NCBI RefSeq assembly: GCF_009914755.1 | Contig: NC_060925.1 | From: the human T2T-CHM13v2.0 reference genome, Homo sapiens | Reading direction: 5' to 3' (one strand) | DNA length: 64,000 nucleotides | Notes under the pieces: generated by a model | What the model saw: only the letters and a program-made list of their open reading frames with translations | What the model was told of the DNA's origin: nothing | Database searches by the model: none | In this document: piece after piece, positions 1 to 18,784 of the stretch | Position numbering within the stretch: the first letter of the stretch is position 1 | How the letters are laid out: the number at the start of each line of letters is the position of its first letter | Made by a program: the position numbers and the translations under genes

Positions 1-87
1 GGATTGTCCGAGGGGACTCGGTACTGCTTGCCATGTGAGCCTGCCCTGTTCACATCGATCCTTAAAACTTTTCCCAGCAGGGAACTT
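1..87 (-). CDS. HHIPL2: HHIPL2 coding exon 4 (5' part; continues beyond window start)
   Basis: Acceptor ttctttctttcag at 88-100 (minus). Phase-2 continuation reads (K)[29 protein letters not shown], an HHIP-family beta-propeller segment. Confidence 0.95.
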
Positions 88-586
88 CTGAAAGAAAGAA
101 GGCCAAGAAGCAGAATGAGGTAAGCAAGGAAAGCCACAGGACTGGAAGAGATCACCCAGAAGGGCCGACTCATAGCTGATGCCAAGAGACTGCTAAGGAT
201 CCCATGGGAAGATTTGACTTCTTATTTTCCTTCTTTTTTTGTACCCGCAAGTATGAGCTTGAAGATTTTCTTTTAAATCTATACAAGATATTTAAGACTG
301 CCCCATGTTTGGCTCTAAGAGAACTACGAGGCAAAAGTTTGATGTGATCTTGGTCCATGTGACCCTGAGCAAGTTGCAGCTTCAATTCTTATTTTAATGA
401 TGAGCACAGCTTCTCTCTGATTTGGTCTAATATGACAAAGTTTTTCAAGAAGCTAGTTATATTGTTTATTGTTTATTTAACAACGTGGTCAGTTAAAAGA
501 ACAGAATAGAAGCTTCTGAGAGGCTCTGCCAATGACTGTGGTCTCTGGGGCTGACTTTCCTCATTTGAAAGTCAGAGGAGAGTAAC

Positions 587-701
587 TGATGGCCTTGTGC
601 CACTGCTTCCTGTGAGGATAAGAAATTTCACGCTCAAGTAAAGGGTCTGGGATCTAATGAACACATGATAATCAGAGGCTGCTATTCTTTTTAATATATT
701 G
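587..701. repeat. About 115-bp dispersed direct repeat, copy 1 (copy 2 at 2875-2989)
   Basis: tgatggccttgtgcca...gggatctaatg...ataatcagaggct shared, roughly 80-85% identical by eye. Confidence 0.85.
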
Positions 702-826
702 GCCAGGTGCAGTGGCTCATGCCTGTAATCCCACATTTTGGGAGGCTGAGGTGGGCGGATAGCTTGAGGCCATGAGTTCAAGAACATCCTAGGCAATACA
801 GTGAGGCCCCATCTCTATTTAAAATA
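701..826 (+). mobile_element. Alu left monomer (FLAM-like)
   Basis: ggccaggtgcagtggctcatgcctgtaatccc... single arm only. Confidence 0.85.
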
Positions 827-1756
827 TATAGCTAGATACATATTATTTACCTTGCGGTGTGGTTGTGATGTAAGGGTTAAATGAGTTACTGTGTATATAG
901 CGTTTAATGCAATTCTTGAATCACAGTAGGTATTCGACAAATGTTAGCTTTGTATTATTATTAACCTCAATATTTTTATTACTAGGAATAATAGAAGCCA
1001 AGTGCTTACTGGGTGCAAAGGGCAGAAGGACCACATGACCTTTATCTAGGCAAGACAGCATCACTGGGCTCTGGCACCGTATTGTGTGGGTTGGGATTCT
1101 GTTTTTTCCACTTACTCATTGTACGACCTCTGTGTCTCCATTTTCTTGTCTGTAAAATGGATACTATTATATGTATACTTCATAGGATTCATTCATTCCA
1201 TGTGTAATTATGGAAAGACTCCCTTGTGCCAGGCACTGTCCTGAGTGCTGGTGATATATCAATTAACAAAATAGATATTAGATATAAATTCTTGCCCTTG
1301 AAGGTTGCTAAAATTACCTTCTCAAATGTAAAGTACTTAGACCAATGCCTGACAAGCTGCAAGCACCCAATACACATTGGCTCTCAGTAGTTAACTTCTC
1401 ATGTGTCTCCAGGGCCTAGCACAGCACCTGGAACATGGTGTTCAATAATATTATTGAGTTGAATTGAATTAGATGATTAGTGTGGTGAATAATGACCTGC
1501 TAATATATATATTTTTAAAATCCTGAATTCTCCTTTACATAACACTCTGACAGTTGTATTGAGCATCAATAATATTAACTACCAAAATATACTATGTCTG
1601 AAATTTATGGAACAGAAAACCAAATGTTCCTCCCATTGCCTCAGTGGAGTGGACTACATCTTGCAGTGTGTGATTTGAGTTTGATGCCATCCCTGCAAAA
1701 ACACCACACCAGGGGCTCACTCTGAAGGGACAAGGGCCCGGCCCCCATCCAGCTTA

Positions 1757-1927
<171 letters not shown>

Positions 1928-2120
1928 TTAGGATTTGACACAAGCTGAAGCTGCATCCTCTTGAGATACCCAGAAATGACTGGGCCAAGCCACCGAGATT
2001 TGCCAAGCCAGCCAAGACCTGCTTCTGAGTTTTTAAGGATCACAAAGCAAGTAGCTTTGGGGCTCTGAGATGCCCCTTGTTTCCTGGTATAACTCTTTCA
2101 TGGCTCATTTTCCTTTGTCT

Positions 2121-2587
<467 letters not shown>

Positions 2588-2874
2588 TGATTTAATGAGC
2601 TGTGGACCCAGCCAGGGTAACAACCATCCTTTTCCAGGGCTTGCCCTTACTCTCTGCCCTACCAGAATGCTCCATCCCTTCTTTTGAGTAACTTAAGAGG
2701 GGTTAATCTATCAGTTCTTTATGCTCTTTGCAATCCTCCAACCTGTCTACCACGGGAAAAGAAACAAGAGAGAAAGGAGAAGAAGGAAAAACAAAGGCAG
2801 AGTGGTAGGGTGGAAAGAGCATGAACTTGGGGTCAGTTAAAACTGAGTCCTCACCTGGCCATGCATCCATAGCT

Positions 2875-2989
2875 TGATGGCCTTGTGCCACAGCTTCCAG
2901 TGAGAATAAGAAATCCCACATTCAAAGTAAAGGCCCTGGGATCTAATGGCACATAATAATCAGAGGCTACTATTATGTTTCATATGTTG
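2875..2989. repeat. About 115-bp dispersed direct repeat, copy 2
   Basis: Aligns to 587-701. Confidence 0.85.
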
Positions 2990-3281
2990 ATATTATCTAT
3001 AATCCTTTCTCAGACCCCTATGGCTGCTGGTCCTTACTTACCCTTTGTAAAGACAGGAAAGTATGTCTTTATTTAGGGTAACTGTAAGGTGATGGCTACA
3101 TCCCATTAAACAGCCTTAACTCAAGAGGCTAACTTGGGCCGTTCTCAATCCACAGTGACTCCTTTCTCAACAGTTCGAGTAGTGCTCTAAAACCAGTGAA
3201 GTTCCCCTCTATTATCTCGCAGACCTGGTTGGCATTATTTCGGAACACAGTACAGCTGTAGGCTCTCATGAGTACCTCTCA

Positions 3282-3935
<654 letters not shown>

Positions 3936-4259
3936 CTAAAAAAGAACGCGGAGCTCAGGCTCAGCATCAGACCTGCCACACCGGCACTTGTCTCAAGTTT
4001 TGAGCAAGCAGAAAGAAAAAATGGTGCTAGGCGGAAAAAATCAGGATTTTGGAGTTTTTGTTACCAACTGCTGCTAAAACTCTTCTCTGTGATTTTCTAC
4101 CTAGTTAATGCTCCTAGAAGGCAGAAAACAGGGAAAATCTCTCATATTCACTGTACTATCTCTAACATTTCAGCTTAGTTTTTGACATTTAAAGTTTTAT
4201 TAAATGATGCATGAATATTTTTTCAAAAAGATATTACTAAATTTCTAGATCTCTTTCTT

Positions 4260-4412
4260 ATTTTTTAATTTTCATTTTATTTTATTTTTCATAGAAACGG
4301 CCTCACCATGTTGCCCAGGCTGATTCCTAACTCCTAGGCTCAAGTGATTCTCCTGCCTCTTGGATCTCCCAAAGTGCTGGGATTACAGGCATGAGCCACC
4401 ATGTCGGCCCAG
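4260..4412 (-). mobile_element. Alu monomer (FLAM-like)
   Basis: Reverse-complement Alu left arm with T-rich tail. Confidence 0.8.
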
Positions 4413-5494
4413 CCTCATTTTCTTATGGATGCTATATCTACCAAGATGTTATTTCTTTATACAAATCTGAAACAATTTGGCAAAAATTTTACATTTGTTC
4501 AAATCTGGTTGTTGGAGATACAGTGTTAATTATTTTTCTGTGCTTTTCCATATTTTTGGAATATTTTACAATGAAAAATAAAATTATCAGAATTGACATT
4601 GGATGTATCACTCTCAGAGATTAGGTGTTTAGCAATTTCTTTAATTATTGATTTTAAAAATTTCAGTGTTTAATATATGCAAAGTACCATGCTGGAACCT
4701 ATACACATTTGAATTGTGGCTATAGGGCAATATGCCTGCTCCTTACACAAACATATAAGGACTATTTGCTCAAAGGAGTATCTGCTACTTGGACCTCCCT
4801 AGACTATAACATTTTTTAGGAGGAAAATAGAATAGTGTGAGCAGACGAGCGACTCCCAGTAGTGATGAAAGACAGAGGCAACTGAGATTAGGAAGGTAAG
4901 AAAGCCCAATTCAAAGGGTGTCGTTTGGAGCCGTGCATTAGAGCAGAGTTCACCCATTGGCCCAGAAGCCCCCTTCTGATCACTAAGGACTCTCCTGAGC
5001 CAGCCAGCCTGTGCAGAACCATCTCATTCACCTCTGTGCTGCCATCGCTTCACAAAAGGACCAGCAGCATTTTTCATGTATATGTGAGTTCCCTGTTCTC
5101 TCTTATTTCCTCTGATTGTACACTGCAGAGTCAGCTTTCGGTCATTGGGCAGAGTGGAAGAAGGAGCTCAGAGATTCGCAGGCTCCCCTCGGGGTGTCTG
5201 TTTCCATTTAAGACACTTATCACAGCAGCTATCAAGAAGCAACATGACCCACTCTTAAGTGTCCCCTTGCTCATTCTGTCCACTCTCGGAGACTGGGAAA
5301 AAGGGAGAAGGGAGGCTGAATTAAGGATCCAATACTAGAGAATAGAAGGGGGCTGTGGAAAGAGAACCATCACTATGGCACACTCTCATGCAGCCATTTA
5401 GAGTTTGCAAATTTGCTTCTACTCAATTAGCTCAGTAAATGAACAGATACTTCCCTACTTCAAAGGGAAGAAAATCAAAGCCCATAAGGTCTCT

Positions 5495-5796
5495 AGCCAG
5501 GCGCAGTAGCTCACGCCTGTAATCCCAGCACTTTGAGAGGATGAGGGGGGCAGATCACCTAAGGTCAGGAGTTCAAGACCAGCCTGGCCAACATGGTGAA
5601 ACCCTGTCACTACTAAAAATAAAAAAATTAAAAAAATAAAAAAACCCAGGCATGGTGTCATGTGCCTGTAGTCCCAGGTACTCAGGAGGCTGAGACAGGA
5701 GAATCGCTTGAAGCCGGGAGGCAGAGGTTGTAGTCAGCCAAGACCGTGCCACTGCACTCCATCCTGAGTGACAGAGTAAGACTCTGTCTCAAAAAA

Positions 5797-5839
<43 letters not shown>

Positions 5840-5841
5840 AA
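5495..5841 (+). mobile_element. AluS with (TAAA)n tail
   Basis: Dimeric Alu; tail expanded to a TAAA microsatellite at about 5794-5841. Confidence 0.92.
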
Positions 5842-7489
5842 GTCCTATGTGACTCTCCTGTTGAGTCTGTCTTACGTGCCAGGCACCGTTCTCTACATTG
5901 ATTGGGATGCAGCAGTGAGCGAAATGCACAAAGTCTCTCTTCCAATGGAGCATATAGTTTGGGGAGCTCAGAAAACCGTTAAGTAAACAAGCCAGTGCTG
6001 CTGTAACTACACTTTAGCACGGTGTGATCAAAAGGCACAAAACTTGGAGCCTGAGCATCTGGCTCTGTGCCCCAGGATTGTTTTACCTTGGGTAAGTCAT
6101 CTAAACTCTTGAGCCCTCATCAGTAAAATGAGGATCATAACAACTGCCTGCAGAATCATTGCTGGGTACACACTACATACGTTGGGGAAGAAAGAGGACC
6201 TTATAAATGTGAATAAATAAACACGTGTAGGACTGTTTGGCTGAAATTGTTCTTATTCCTCAAATCCCTAAAACAACAGAGCTGCTGACTTTGACTTTCT
6301 GAAACCTCATGCAAGAGGGAAGGGTCAGGGGTATAAATTTTTACCAGGGATGATCTCAGAAATAAACATTCTCAGTGCTGCTTGTAAAAGCTCAGCTTCT
6401 ACCCTAATGGGAATCCTAGAGTTAATTCTCCAGGAAACAGCTGTGGAGTGGTGTCTAAGAGGACAGCCCCAGGCGGTGCCACCCAGGTGGCTGACTTTCT
6501 GGGCCAGGCTCAGCTGTAATTCTCTCCTGGACTCTGGGAAGCTCGGTTAACCACTTCACGCCCTATGTGGGAGTTACAGTGGTCTGCAGGCTCAGGAACA
6601 GTGGCGCCAGGAGTCATGAACAGATGCCTGTGGATAGCCAAGTCATTGTGCTGACAAGCCCAGGGGGTCTCAGTTCAAAAGGCTGCCTGGACTTCTTGCC
6701 TCTCCTCCCCAACATCATTAGAGGGGTCCTCCCCAGGCAGCCTCTTTTATCAGCTTTCCAAATGCTGACCTCTCCCCATTAACCCCCAAACACCCTCTTC
6801 CTACAAAGTCTGTGTGTGCAGCCTACACCCGTCTTGTTTTCAGGCTGAGCTCAATCAAAACGATGCCTCCCAGGCATGTGGATTTTGGCTGTTGGGCAAC
6901 CAGGAGAAGCAGAAACTCTGTGAGTCACTGCTACTCAGCAGCTTGCATCTCTCTCTTCCAGCTCTGGAGTGCTGGGCAGACAGAACTCTGGAGAGAGTCT
7001 CCAACCCCTGCCACCGCCAGGGTGACGCCAGAGATGCCCTGGCACAAATCACCCAGATGAAAAGGACTGGACCCCAGCAGATGCCACCACTCCCTCCCTT
7101 AACGCGCTCGGTAAATTCCATGGGTTTAAGTGCCTAGCTCTCTGAGCACCGCAGAGGATGCAAATAATTATTTGCCATGCACCACAGAGGGAGTGTGGCA
7201 AATAATGGCTGCTCTGAGAGCTCCAGGAAGAGTGTCCCTCTCATTCTCCTGGAGCCTGGAGAAGAATCAGGGCCAGCAGAATCCCAGAGGGAGAGCTTTG
7301 GGGAACCCATGGAGACCAAATTCAGCACACACTCATGTCAGTGTGCGTGTCCAAAGCCGGCAGCTCCAAGATGAGGCACCCGGCACATGAACTTCTAAAG
7401 GGCTGGGCTCCCAAAGCACCCTCCGCTCAGGACCCACACCATGCAGCCCAGCACCCAAACCCCTGGGGCTGGAAGGCACTTTTCACTAC

Positions 7490-7810
7490 CTGGCAAAGGA
7501 TGTCTTTAATGTAATCTCCACACAGCTCATGTCTCTTCAGATCAAAATATTCCATGATGTCCCAGTACCGGGCAGCGATGCGGCGGTCCTTGTGCTGATC
7601 ACAGCAGCCGAAGGACTCATAGTCAGAGCAAAACTCAAGGTGCAGAGGGGGCTGGAAAGGGGGCCCGTAATCCAGGCACTGGGGGTGTCCCTGCAGCAAG
7701 CCCACCTGGCCCAACAAGAATATGAGGCAGAGGCAGAGAATGCCAGAAGAGAGCCAGGGGGCCCGGCAATGCAGACCACCACACAGATTAGGAGTGGACG
7801 TTCTCAGCAT
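7490..7810 (-). CDS. HHIPL2: HHIPL2 coding exon 1 (321 nt; signal peptide + start of Cys-rich domain)
   Basis: ATG at 7810: [12 protein letters not shown]...[29 protein letters not shown]...FGCCD...YIKDILCQ, then CAG|gtagt donor at 7489. Confidence 0.96.
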
Positions 7811-7859
7811 TTTGGCCTTGGGAACACTCGGGCTGCTGTGTTTGCTCAGGTTGGCTTCC

Positions 7860-7950
7860 CTGCTCTGCCCAAGGTCCTCCCTCTCTTCCTCCCCCTACTC
7901 CACCCTGTTTTCTCCTCCTTCCTCCTCTTCCCCGCCCCTCCCTGCTGAGG
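7860..7950 (-). promoter_or_regulatory. HHIPL2: HHIPL2 proximal promoter: purine-rich tract with GC box
   Basis: GGGGCGGGG (Sp/KLF) at 7930-7938 on minus, within a GA-rich tract 60-140 nt upstream of the ATG. TSS cannot be fixed from sequence. Confidence 0.5.
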
Positions 7951-8483
7951 TAGTTTCTGAGCAGTGTCCCTTCTGTGGGCTCCCTTTGAAAGCAGTGGGA
8001 GGTGTCCCTTCCCCCCTCCCCCAACCCATCTAAACATGAAGCCCCACTCTAGTGCTGCTAGTGTTATGGGGGCACACCTTTGCTTAGCCAAAAGTGCAGT
8101 GGTGTCAATGGCAGAGGTGCTCGATTCCTTAAAACTGCAAAGAATTCCTGCTGTCTGTGGGGATGCCCGGAAATTCACACTTTTTTATGTTTCTTCACAG
8201 GCTGAGAGGCCCAGAGTCACCATGAGAGCACCATATATTACATCATCCCAGACTTCACACTCTGTAGAAGGAAAGCTTCAAGCGTTTCTACAGTGCTGAA
8301 GGGCCCCAAGGCGGTGGGAGATATGGAGGGGCCATGGCAGGAGGCAGGGTGTGCTGTATAGCTCCTGGGATCTGGCAAGGTGTATATTTGGAAGGGTAGG
8401 AAGAGAGGGCATTTCATGAATCTTGCATCCACAGTAAGGACCAAGGAGAGGAAGGAGGACACAGTGAAGGAAAAGAAGGGGAA

Positions 8484-9150
<667 letters not shown>

Positions 9151-9322
9151 GAGGGAGGTGGTCCAGTGAAAACAAGGAATCAACAAGGACTGTTTGGGAC
9201 AATTTCCTCAGGAAGCACAGGACAACTGGGTGCCTTCCTTTGCCAAATCTATACCTGCTGTAGGGACACTCCTCCTCACTTAGTATATGTTCCCACATTA
9301 GTATTTTAAAAATGTGTTTTGT

Positions 9323-10153
<831 letters not shown>

Positions 10154-10365
10154 TTACTGGCAAAAGCTTCTGTTTGAAACGCAGATGAAGTCCAAGTTTC
10201 TTCTTGTTCCAGATGTGCTGCTTCAGAGGGTGCCCTACCTGGCTGCCCAACTCATCGCCAGAAACAGTATTTGCCAGGGTATCATCAAGAAGGGACAGTG
10301 AACCTCAGTCTAGCCAAGTCTATACTCACAATGTTCTGGATTATGAAAGCCCCAAATAGCATTTA

Positions 10366-11448
<1,083 letters not shown>

Positions 11449-11844
11449 GTCATCCATGATTCACTGTTGACTGTGCTATTTCTTCTGGGTTATTTGCTCA
11501 AATGTCACAGAATGTCATGCTTCTGGAAGCCTTAAGCAGGAGGAGTAACATGGACTAATTTCAGCCAGTGAATTCACCCCCACTGCCTTCTCAGAACCAT
11601 CAAACCCTGGGATATGGAAGAATGAGTGCATTATCTCATCCAGGTAGGACCTGAGAGTATTTTCTGATCTTCTCATGACATTTATGTATCCATTTCCCCT
11701 TTGTCGTGAACAATATGGAGATCTTATTGTTTTGAGCAGAGTCACTGCAAGATTAGCAGGGAAAGATGGGCGGGCAGAATCTGATCAGACAGTGACAGCA
11801 TGAGTTTCTGATTACTAAAATATGTAACATTTCAGACGATACTA

Positions 11845-12160
<316 letters not shown>

Positions 12161-12644
12161 ATATACATATATATGTAATTATATAATAATCATGCAATAA
12201 TTTTACAAAAGATGTCTTGGTGTCAATTCAGTAAATACATACTATTTTGTGCGAAGTATTATGCTGGAATAGAAATGTTTAACAGAAAACTGACATATAA
12301 AACAAACTTTTTCAAGGAGTTTATGCTCTGAGAAAAAAGGATGAAAGTATCCAAATAATACTGGCAGATATAAGATTAAGGTAACAGTAAGGGAGGAACA
12401 AACTGCCATTAGGGATCCCAAGGACGGAGAGATGACACTCGGCTGCAGGGGATTAAGAATATCATAATGAAAGTTGACTGGAGCTTTTAGATAAGTTATA
12501 GATGGAAAAGAACAGAAAAGACATTTTCACTGAACATTAGGTGAGCTTATAAAATAACTCTGAAACTATAAGCTAGGACCAGACAGAGTATCTGAAATCA
12601 CTTCAGTTTCCACTTTTGAAGCAAACATAATCCTTTAAAAAATT

Positions 12645-13084
12645 AGCTTGGGCTGCTGTTAACACAGCCACAAACTTGGTGGCTTAAACAACAGAAATGT
12701 ATTGTCTCACAGCTCGGGAGCCCAGAAGTCTGAGATTAAGATGTTGGCAGGGTTGGTTCCTTCTGAAGGCCGCAAGGGACACTGCTCCATGCCTGATCCC
12801 TAGCTTCGTGGGGTCTGCCAGCAATCTTGCATTCCGATTGTGGATGCATCACCCCAAGCTCTGTCTTCATGTTCACATGGTGCTCCTTCTCCCTGTGTGC
12901 GTTTGTGTCCAAATTTCCCCTTTTATAAGGACACCAGTCATACTGGATTAGTGCCCACCATAATGACTTCATTTTAACATGATTGTCTCTGTAAAAACTA
13001 TCCCCAAATAAGGTCACATTCTGAGGTACTGGGGGGTAGGACTTCAACCATTCTTTTTTAGGGGACACAATTCAGCCCACAGCA
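12645..13084 (-). mobile_element. MaLR LTR (MLT1C-like)
   Basis: ggtggcttaaacaacagaaatgtattgtctcacag...ataaggacaccagtcat...aggtcacattctgaggtactgggg...ggggacacaattcagccca. Confidence 0.85.
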
Positions 13085-14649
13085 GTAACACACACATTCA
13101 CACACACGCACACAGTTTCATATAGCATGTGCCTTTTAACATCCCCCCCGCCGCCCCGCACAAGACAGGGTCTCAGTGTCACCCAGGCTGGAGTGCCAGT
13201 AGCTGGAACTGCAGGTGTGTGCTACCACGCTCAGTTAATTTTTACTTTTTTTTTTTTCTTTGTAGAGACGGTGGTTTCACCATGTTGCCCAGGCTGGTCT
13301 TGAACTCCTGGGCTCAAGTGATCTATCCCCCTCGGCCTCCTAAAGTGCCGGGATTATAGGCATGAGCCACCATGTCCAGTGCAAGTGCCTTTTAAAAAGT
13401 GATGTTGAGAGTCAGGTGTTTATCCTAAATCAGGTCATGGAACACAACAGAAAAAATATAAAAAGAAATGTTCTAGCTCAGTAGCTTCTCATATAGTTTA
13501 CTGATGTAACTATCTATCTGCCTTCAGACTCCCTCTGTCACAGTCTAAAGATGAACAGGTTGTACCTCAGATTAGAGAAAGTATAACAACTCACTTGTAC
13601 GAAGCATTACAGTTTACAAAGTATTTCCCCACACTGCATTTCATTTGATCTTCAGTTCTCTCAAGACAATTAAGTCAGCAAGGTAGATATATTACCAGTG
13701 AGCATATGAATGAATAAAGTCCAAGAGGGGTTCAGTGAAATATTTTAGGGCCCCACTTTAGATGAATAGAGATGGCAACACAATTCAGGTGTTCTGAATT
13801 ACAGCCCAGATCTTTTTCATTCCATCAGGATGTACCCAAAAAGAACGAAAGTAGTTATCACTTTTATTTGTTCTTCATTTGGAAAAATTTGTCTGATGCA
13901 GCCTACTGAAGAGTGTATTGACTGAAGATTCAGTTCCATTGATAAGATTATCTGGGAGTTCTTGGTATAGGCAGGAGGGGAGTTGTAATTAAACAACTGG
14001 CAGTGGTATCACTATGGGACTGACGGGCGGAAACAAAGAGCCGCCTCTACTCACTGAGCTAAAGGCTACCTTCATAACTATGAAAACAACATAGAAGTCA
14101 GCTTCGTATTTTTTATGGGACTGAGTCGACTCTTACCTGGTGGCAGATTGGTTTAGAAGCATGAATCTTGGATTGACTTATTCAGATGTTAGTCATATTA
14201 TTTGTAGACCATCCATCAAAGGTCTTGCTTGTTTCCTTTTGGAATATTTAAAATACAAAGATTCTAATTCAATCCAGCAGAAAAAGCCCTTGTGCTGTAA
14301 ATATAGGTAAATAACTGGGTCCAAAAGGGCACACCTATCTGTTTTTTTAATTTTTGTTGCTTTTCCTTTTTCAAAAATGTTAACATAAAACAATGTTTCT
14401 ATTTATTGAGAAAAAACATTTACCAGGACCCATGCTCAGCACTTTACATCAACCTTTCCAGACCATCCCATTTTACAGAATAAAGGTGAGGCCCAGGCTA
14501 GGTGGGGGGCTTCAGTCATGCTGGAATTTGAACCCAGACCTTTCTGACTCCATAGAACATTCTTTTATTTCTTTTTATGAGGGGAGGTGGGAAGGGAATG
14601 GGGTGTTGACAGCTTTACAGAGATGTAATTCACATTCCATATAATTAAT

Positions 14650-15590
14650 CAGCTAGGGACTAATAATCCAAAATATAGAAAGAACTCATACAACTCAATA
14701 ACAAAAATATAATTCCACTTTAAAATGGGCAAAGGACCTACATAGACACTTCTCAAAAGAAATTCAAATTGCTAACAGGTATATGAATAAGTGCTCAACA
14801 TCTCCAGTCACGACGGAAATGCTAATCAAACCAGGAGATACAGCCTCACACCTGGTAGAATGAATCGTATCAAAGGTCAAAGATAAGTGCTAGGGAGGAT
14901 GAAGAGAAGAGGAAGCGCTTGTATGCTGCTGTTGGGGATGTAAATTATGGAAAACAATATGGAGGTTCCCCCAAAAAATTGAAAATAGAAATATCTGGGT
15001 ATATACCCAAAAGAATTGAAATCAAGGTTGCAAAGAGATATCTGCACTCCTATGTTCATTGCAGCATTACTCAACGTCCTTTGATGAATAAAGATAGGGT
15101 TTATAAAATTACAATTACATACTGCTCAGCCTTATAAAAGGAAGAAATCCTGCCATTCAGAACATGGAGGACATTATGCTGAGCAAAATTAAAATAGGCA
15201 AGACACAGAAAGAGAAATACTGCACGATCATCTCACTTGTATGTGAAATCTGAGTCCAATTCATAGAAGCAGAGGGTAAGATGGTTGCCAGGGGCTGAGG
15301 GAAGGGGGAAATGGAGTGATATTGGTCAAATGGTACAAAGTTTCAGTGATACAAGATGAACGATTTCTGGATATCCAATGTCCAGCATGGTGATGACAGT
15401 TCAGTACTGTATTACATACTTGTAATTTGTTAAGAAAGATCTTATATCTTCTCATCACACATACATACACAATACATACATAATGGTAATTATGTAGAGG
15501 TAATGAAGATACTAATTAGCTTGATTATAGTGATAATTTCAGAATGTATATCAAAACATCAGGTTGTACATCCTAAATATATACATTCAG
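14650..15590 (+). mobile_element. L1 (L1MA/MB-like) ORF2 end and 3' UTR
   Basis: aaaatgggcaaaggacc, gatatctgcactcctatgttcattgcagcatt, tacaaagtttcag, ttagcttgatt motifs. Confidence 0.8.
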
Positions 15591-17131
15591 AGGTTTCAAG
15601 GAGAAAACAAGACTTTAAATTATCTTTAGTTATTGCTAACGTGTCTTAAAATAGTCGTGACGAATGGTTATAAGTAGTAACCATATAAGCAAGCAGTCCT
15701 GTCAGACTGTTCCAGCACAGTATTTCAGCTCACTGCTTATATACAGGTGGTAGGGTTCAGTACAGTGCAAAATCACATCAAACTTGCTCAAAAGTTACAT
15801 TCAAGCAGAATCTCATCAAGGTTTAGGTGTAAGAGTACATCTGGTTATGGATTACAGAAGCATAATCACTAATCCCATCAGACATCTCATGTGTAAGAAA
15901 AGGCAAGGACTGGGGTCATTTAAGGAATGTAGTGACTCAGGCAAGCGATGTGGGGGTGCCCTGTGCCCTGTTTTGTCTTCAAGGCATCTTTCCAGAGAGT
16001 TGCATGTCGTCACAGGGTCAGGGGCTTTGTGAAATGATGCTGGCAGGCAGAAATGAGCAGACCTGGGTTCTTTTTGCTGCTTTGTCTCACTCCACCACCT
16101 GGCTCAGCTCTCTGCATGTAGTCAACACTGACTGCACTGGGAGGCCATACAGATACTACATGAGAGTGTGATCTTTGGAACCACATTGATTGGGTTGGGA
16201 TCCTGGTGCCAACACCTATGAGCTGTGACCTTGGCAAGTTACTTCATCTCCAATGACCTCATTTTCTTTATTGGTAAAATAGGAATAATTCATAGGACTG
16301 TGGTGGTTTTACAATGAAAGGTAAAGCCCAATTTTAGCTATTACTGTTATTCATGGAAGCAGCTTAAACATCAGTGGACCTAAAAAAAGTTTCACAGGTG
16401 ACTTGCACTACTCTTACTGAACATTTGATAAGAACATTTGATGTAAAAATGTTGAGACAGCTTTGTATGGAAACCAAGAATCAAAACTACTCATTTCTTT
16501 TATTCTCACCTCCATTTTCTTAGAGATCAAGAGAAATCATAGTCCTATTTTATAGCTTTTGACTAAAAGTTTCAGGAAGTAGATCTTGGCCTATGCTTTC
16601 AGATTTTTTCCACATCGTCTGGGAATTTCATTGCTAGAGTATTGGTCTTATACAGAACTCCTACACAACCGAATTATGGACTCCCTATTTATGTGGAAGC
16701 TTTAACTTGGTTTATTTTGGCTCTGTGGAACACCTACTCATTTTACATGTACTTTCTAAGTGCTTCTTTATTGATAGACCTTTCTTACTAAGTAATATTG
16801 AAATATAAACTATTGACAAAGCACAATTTGCCCCCTAACCTTCTTGCAGATGGTTTAGAATTAGTAGGAATATAAGCCAAAGGGAAATGTGTGTCTTGCC
16901 ATCTAAATATTAGACTTGCTCTGAAGTTAGTGAGTCTTCATGGAACTCAATTACTAGTTATTCCAGCAGTAAATGTAAAAGCCAAGACATTTCTGAAGAA
17001 GCACTTATTCTACCAATTATTCCAACATATTATAAAGCTCAGCTCATGTTCCAGGAAAGTTGCTGTTGGCTTCTGGCCAGGTTTTCCCCATGGGTTTACT
17101 GTGTGACTCAGGGACACTATCCCACCGGTGA

Positions 17132-17926
<795 letters not shown>

Positions 17927-18080
17927 GAGAAAGAGTCTTTTTTCTAAATCCTTCTCTCTTTTCAAAATTCCTCAATAGAACTCATCACCAATATATTTCT
18001 TCATGGTGGTATACCTAAAATGGATTAATTAGAATATAAAAGTAGAATATAAATACATTTCACAGCACTACAAGTTACAG

Positions 18081-18086
18081 TTTATT
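18081..18086 (-). terminator. TAF1A: TAF1A candidate proximal polyadenylation signal AATAAA
   Basis: tttatt on plus, about 320 nt after the stop codon. Confidence 0.65.
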
Positions 18087-18405
18087 ACACAATAGCAAGA
18101 GGCAAAGTATTTGCAAACAATAACTGCTGTAGAGCTATATTCTGTAATTAGTTTGTCATTTGAAGAATTATTCCTTAACAAATGTAACATTTAACATTAC
18201 AAAAAAGAAAACAGACATAGTTACAAAGAGCAAAGGCAGTAATATTGTTTCTCTAGCTATAAATAATACAAAAATATAAAAATATATAAAAATAAGTTTT
18301 TTGTAGTAATATAAGCTTCTTAATACACTACATAAATACATTCAATAACTATCTACCAAGCTACTTACTGTGTAGCTACAACTGTGAAATAACTAAAATT
18401 CAGTA

Positions 18406-18518
18406 TCAGAGTCTTGGATTTACAATACTGTATTTTTTCACAGATCTCTTCATCCGCTTAATTTTCTTCCCTAAGATTTGGTGATCTTGCTTTAAAATAT
18501 ACCGGAAATATCTACAAC
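18406..18518 (-). CDS. TAF1A: TAF1A last coding exon (exon 11), stop TGA at 18406-18408
   Basis: ctttttag acceptor; (G)[36 protein letters not shown]. Total spliced CDS 1353 nt. Confidence 0.96.
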
Positions 18519-18630
18519 CTAAAAAGTTAAGCAAAATAAAAAGTTTTAATACTCATCACATTTTTCAAGTATATTTCTACATTTTAAAAATTCTGCTTTA
18601 AGTTTAGCACACTAATGATTATGAAAATAG

Positions 18631-18784
18631 ATTTATTTGTATTATCAATATGTCCTAAGCATATTCTCAGCTGTGCCCAATGAAATACATTTGTTCCTAT
18701 ATACAAAATTTATTTGTATTACCAATATGGCATAAGTATATTCTCAGCTGTGCCCAACGAAACATATTTCTTCCTATATATAAA
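18631..18784. repeat. Diverged tandem duplication, period 77
   Basis: atttatttgtatta...atattctcagctgtgcccaa...ttcctatata at 18631 and 18708. Confidence 0.9.

Noticed and set aside
6812-7390. Cluster of overlapping ORFs in HHIPL2 intron 1
   Set aside because: GC-rich, stop-poor sequence; no recognisable domain or splice structure.
14128-14150. cttacctggtggcag as U1 snRNA fragment or CTCF site
   Set aside because: Match too short for U1 and has several mismatches to the CTCF core.
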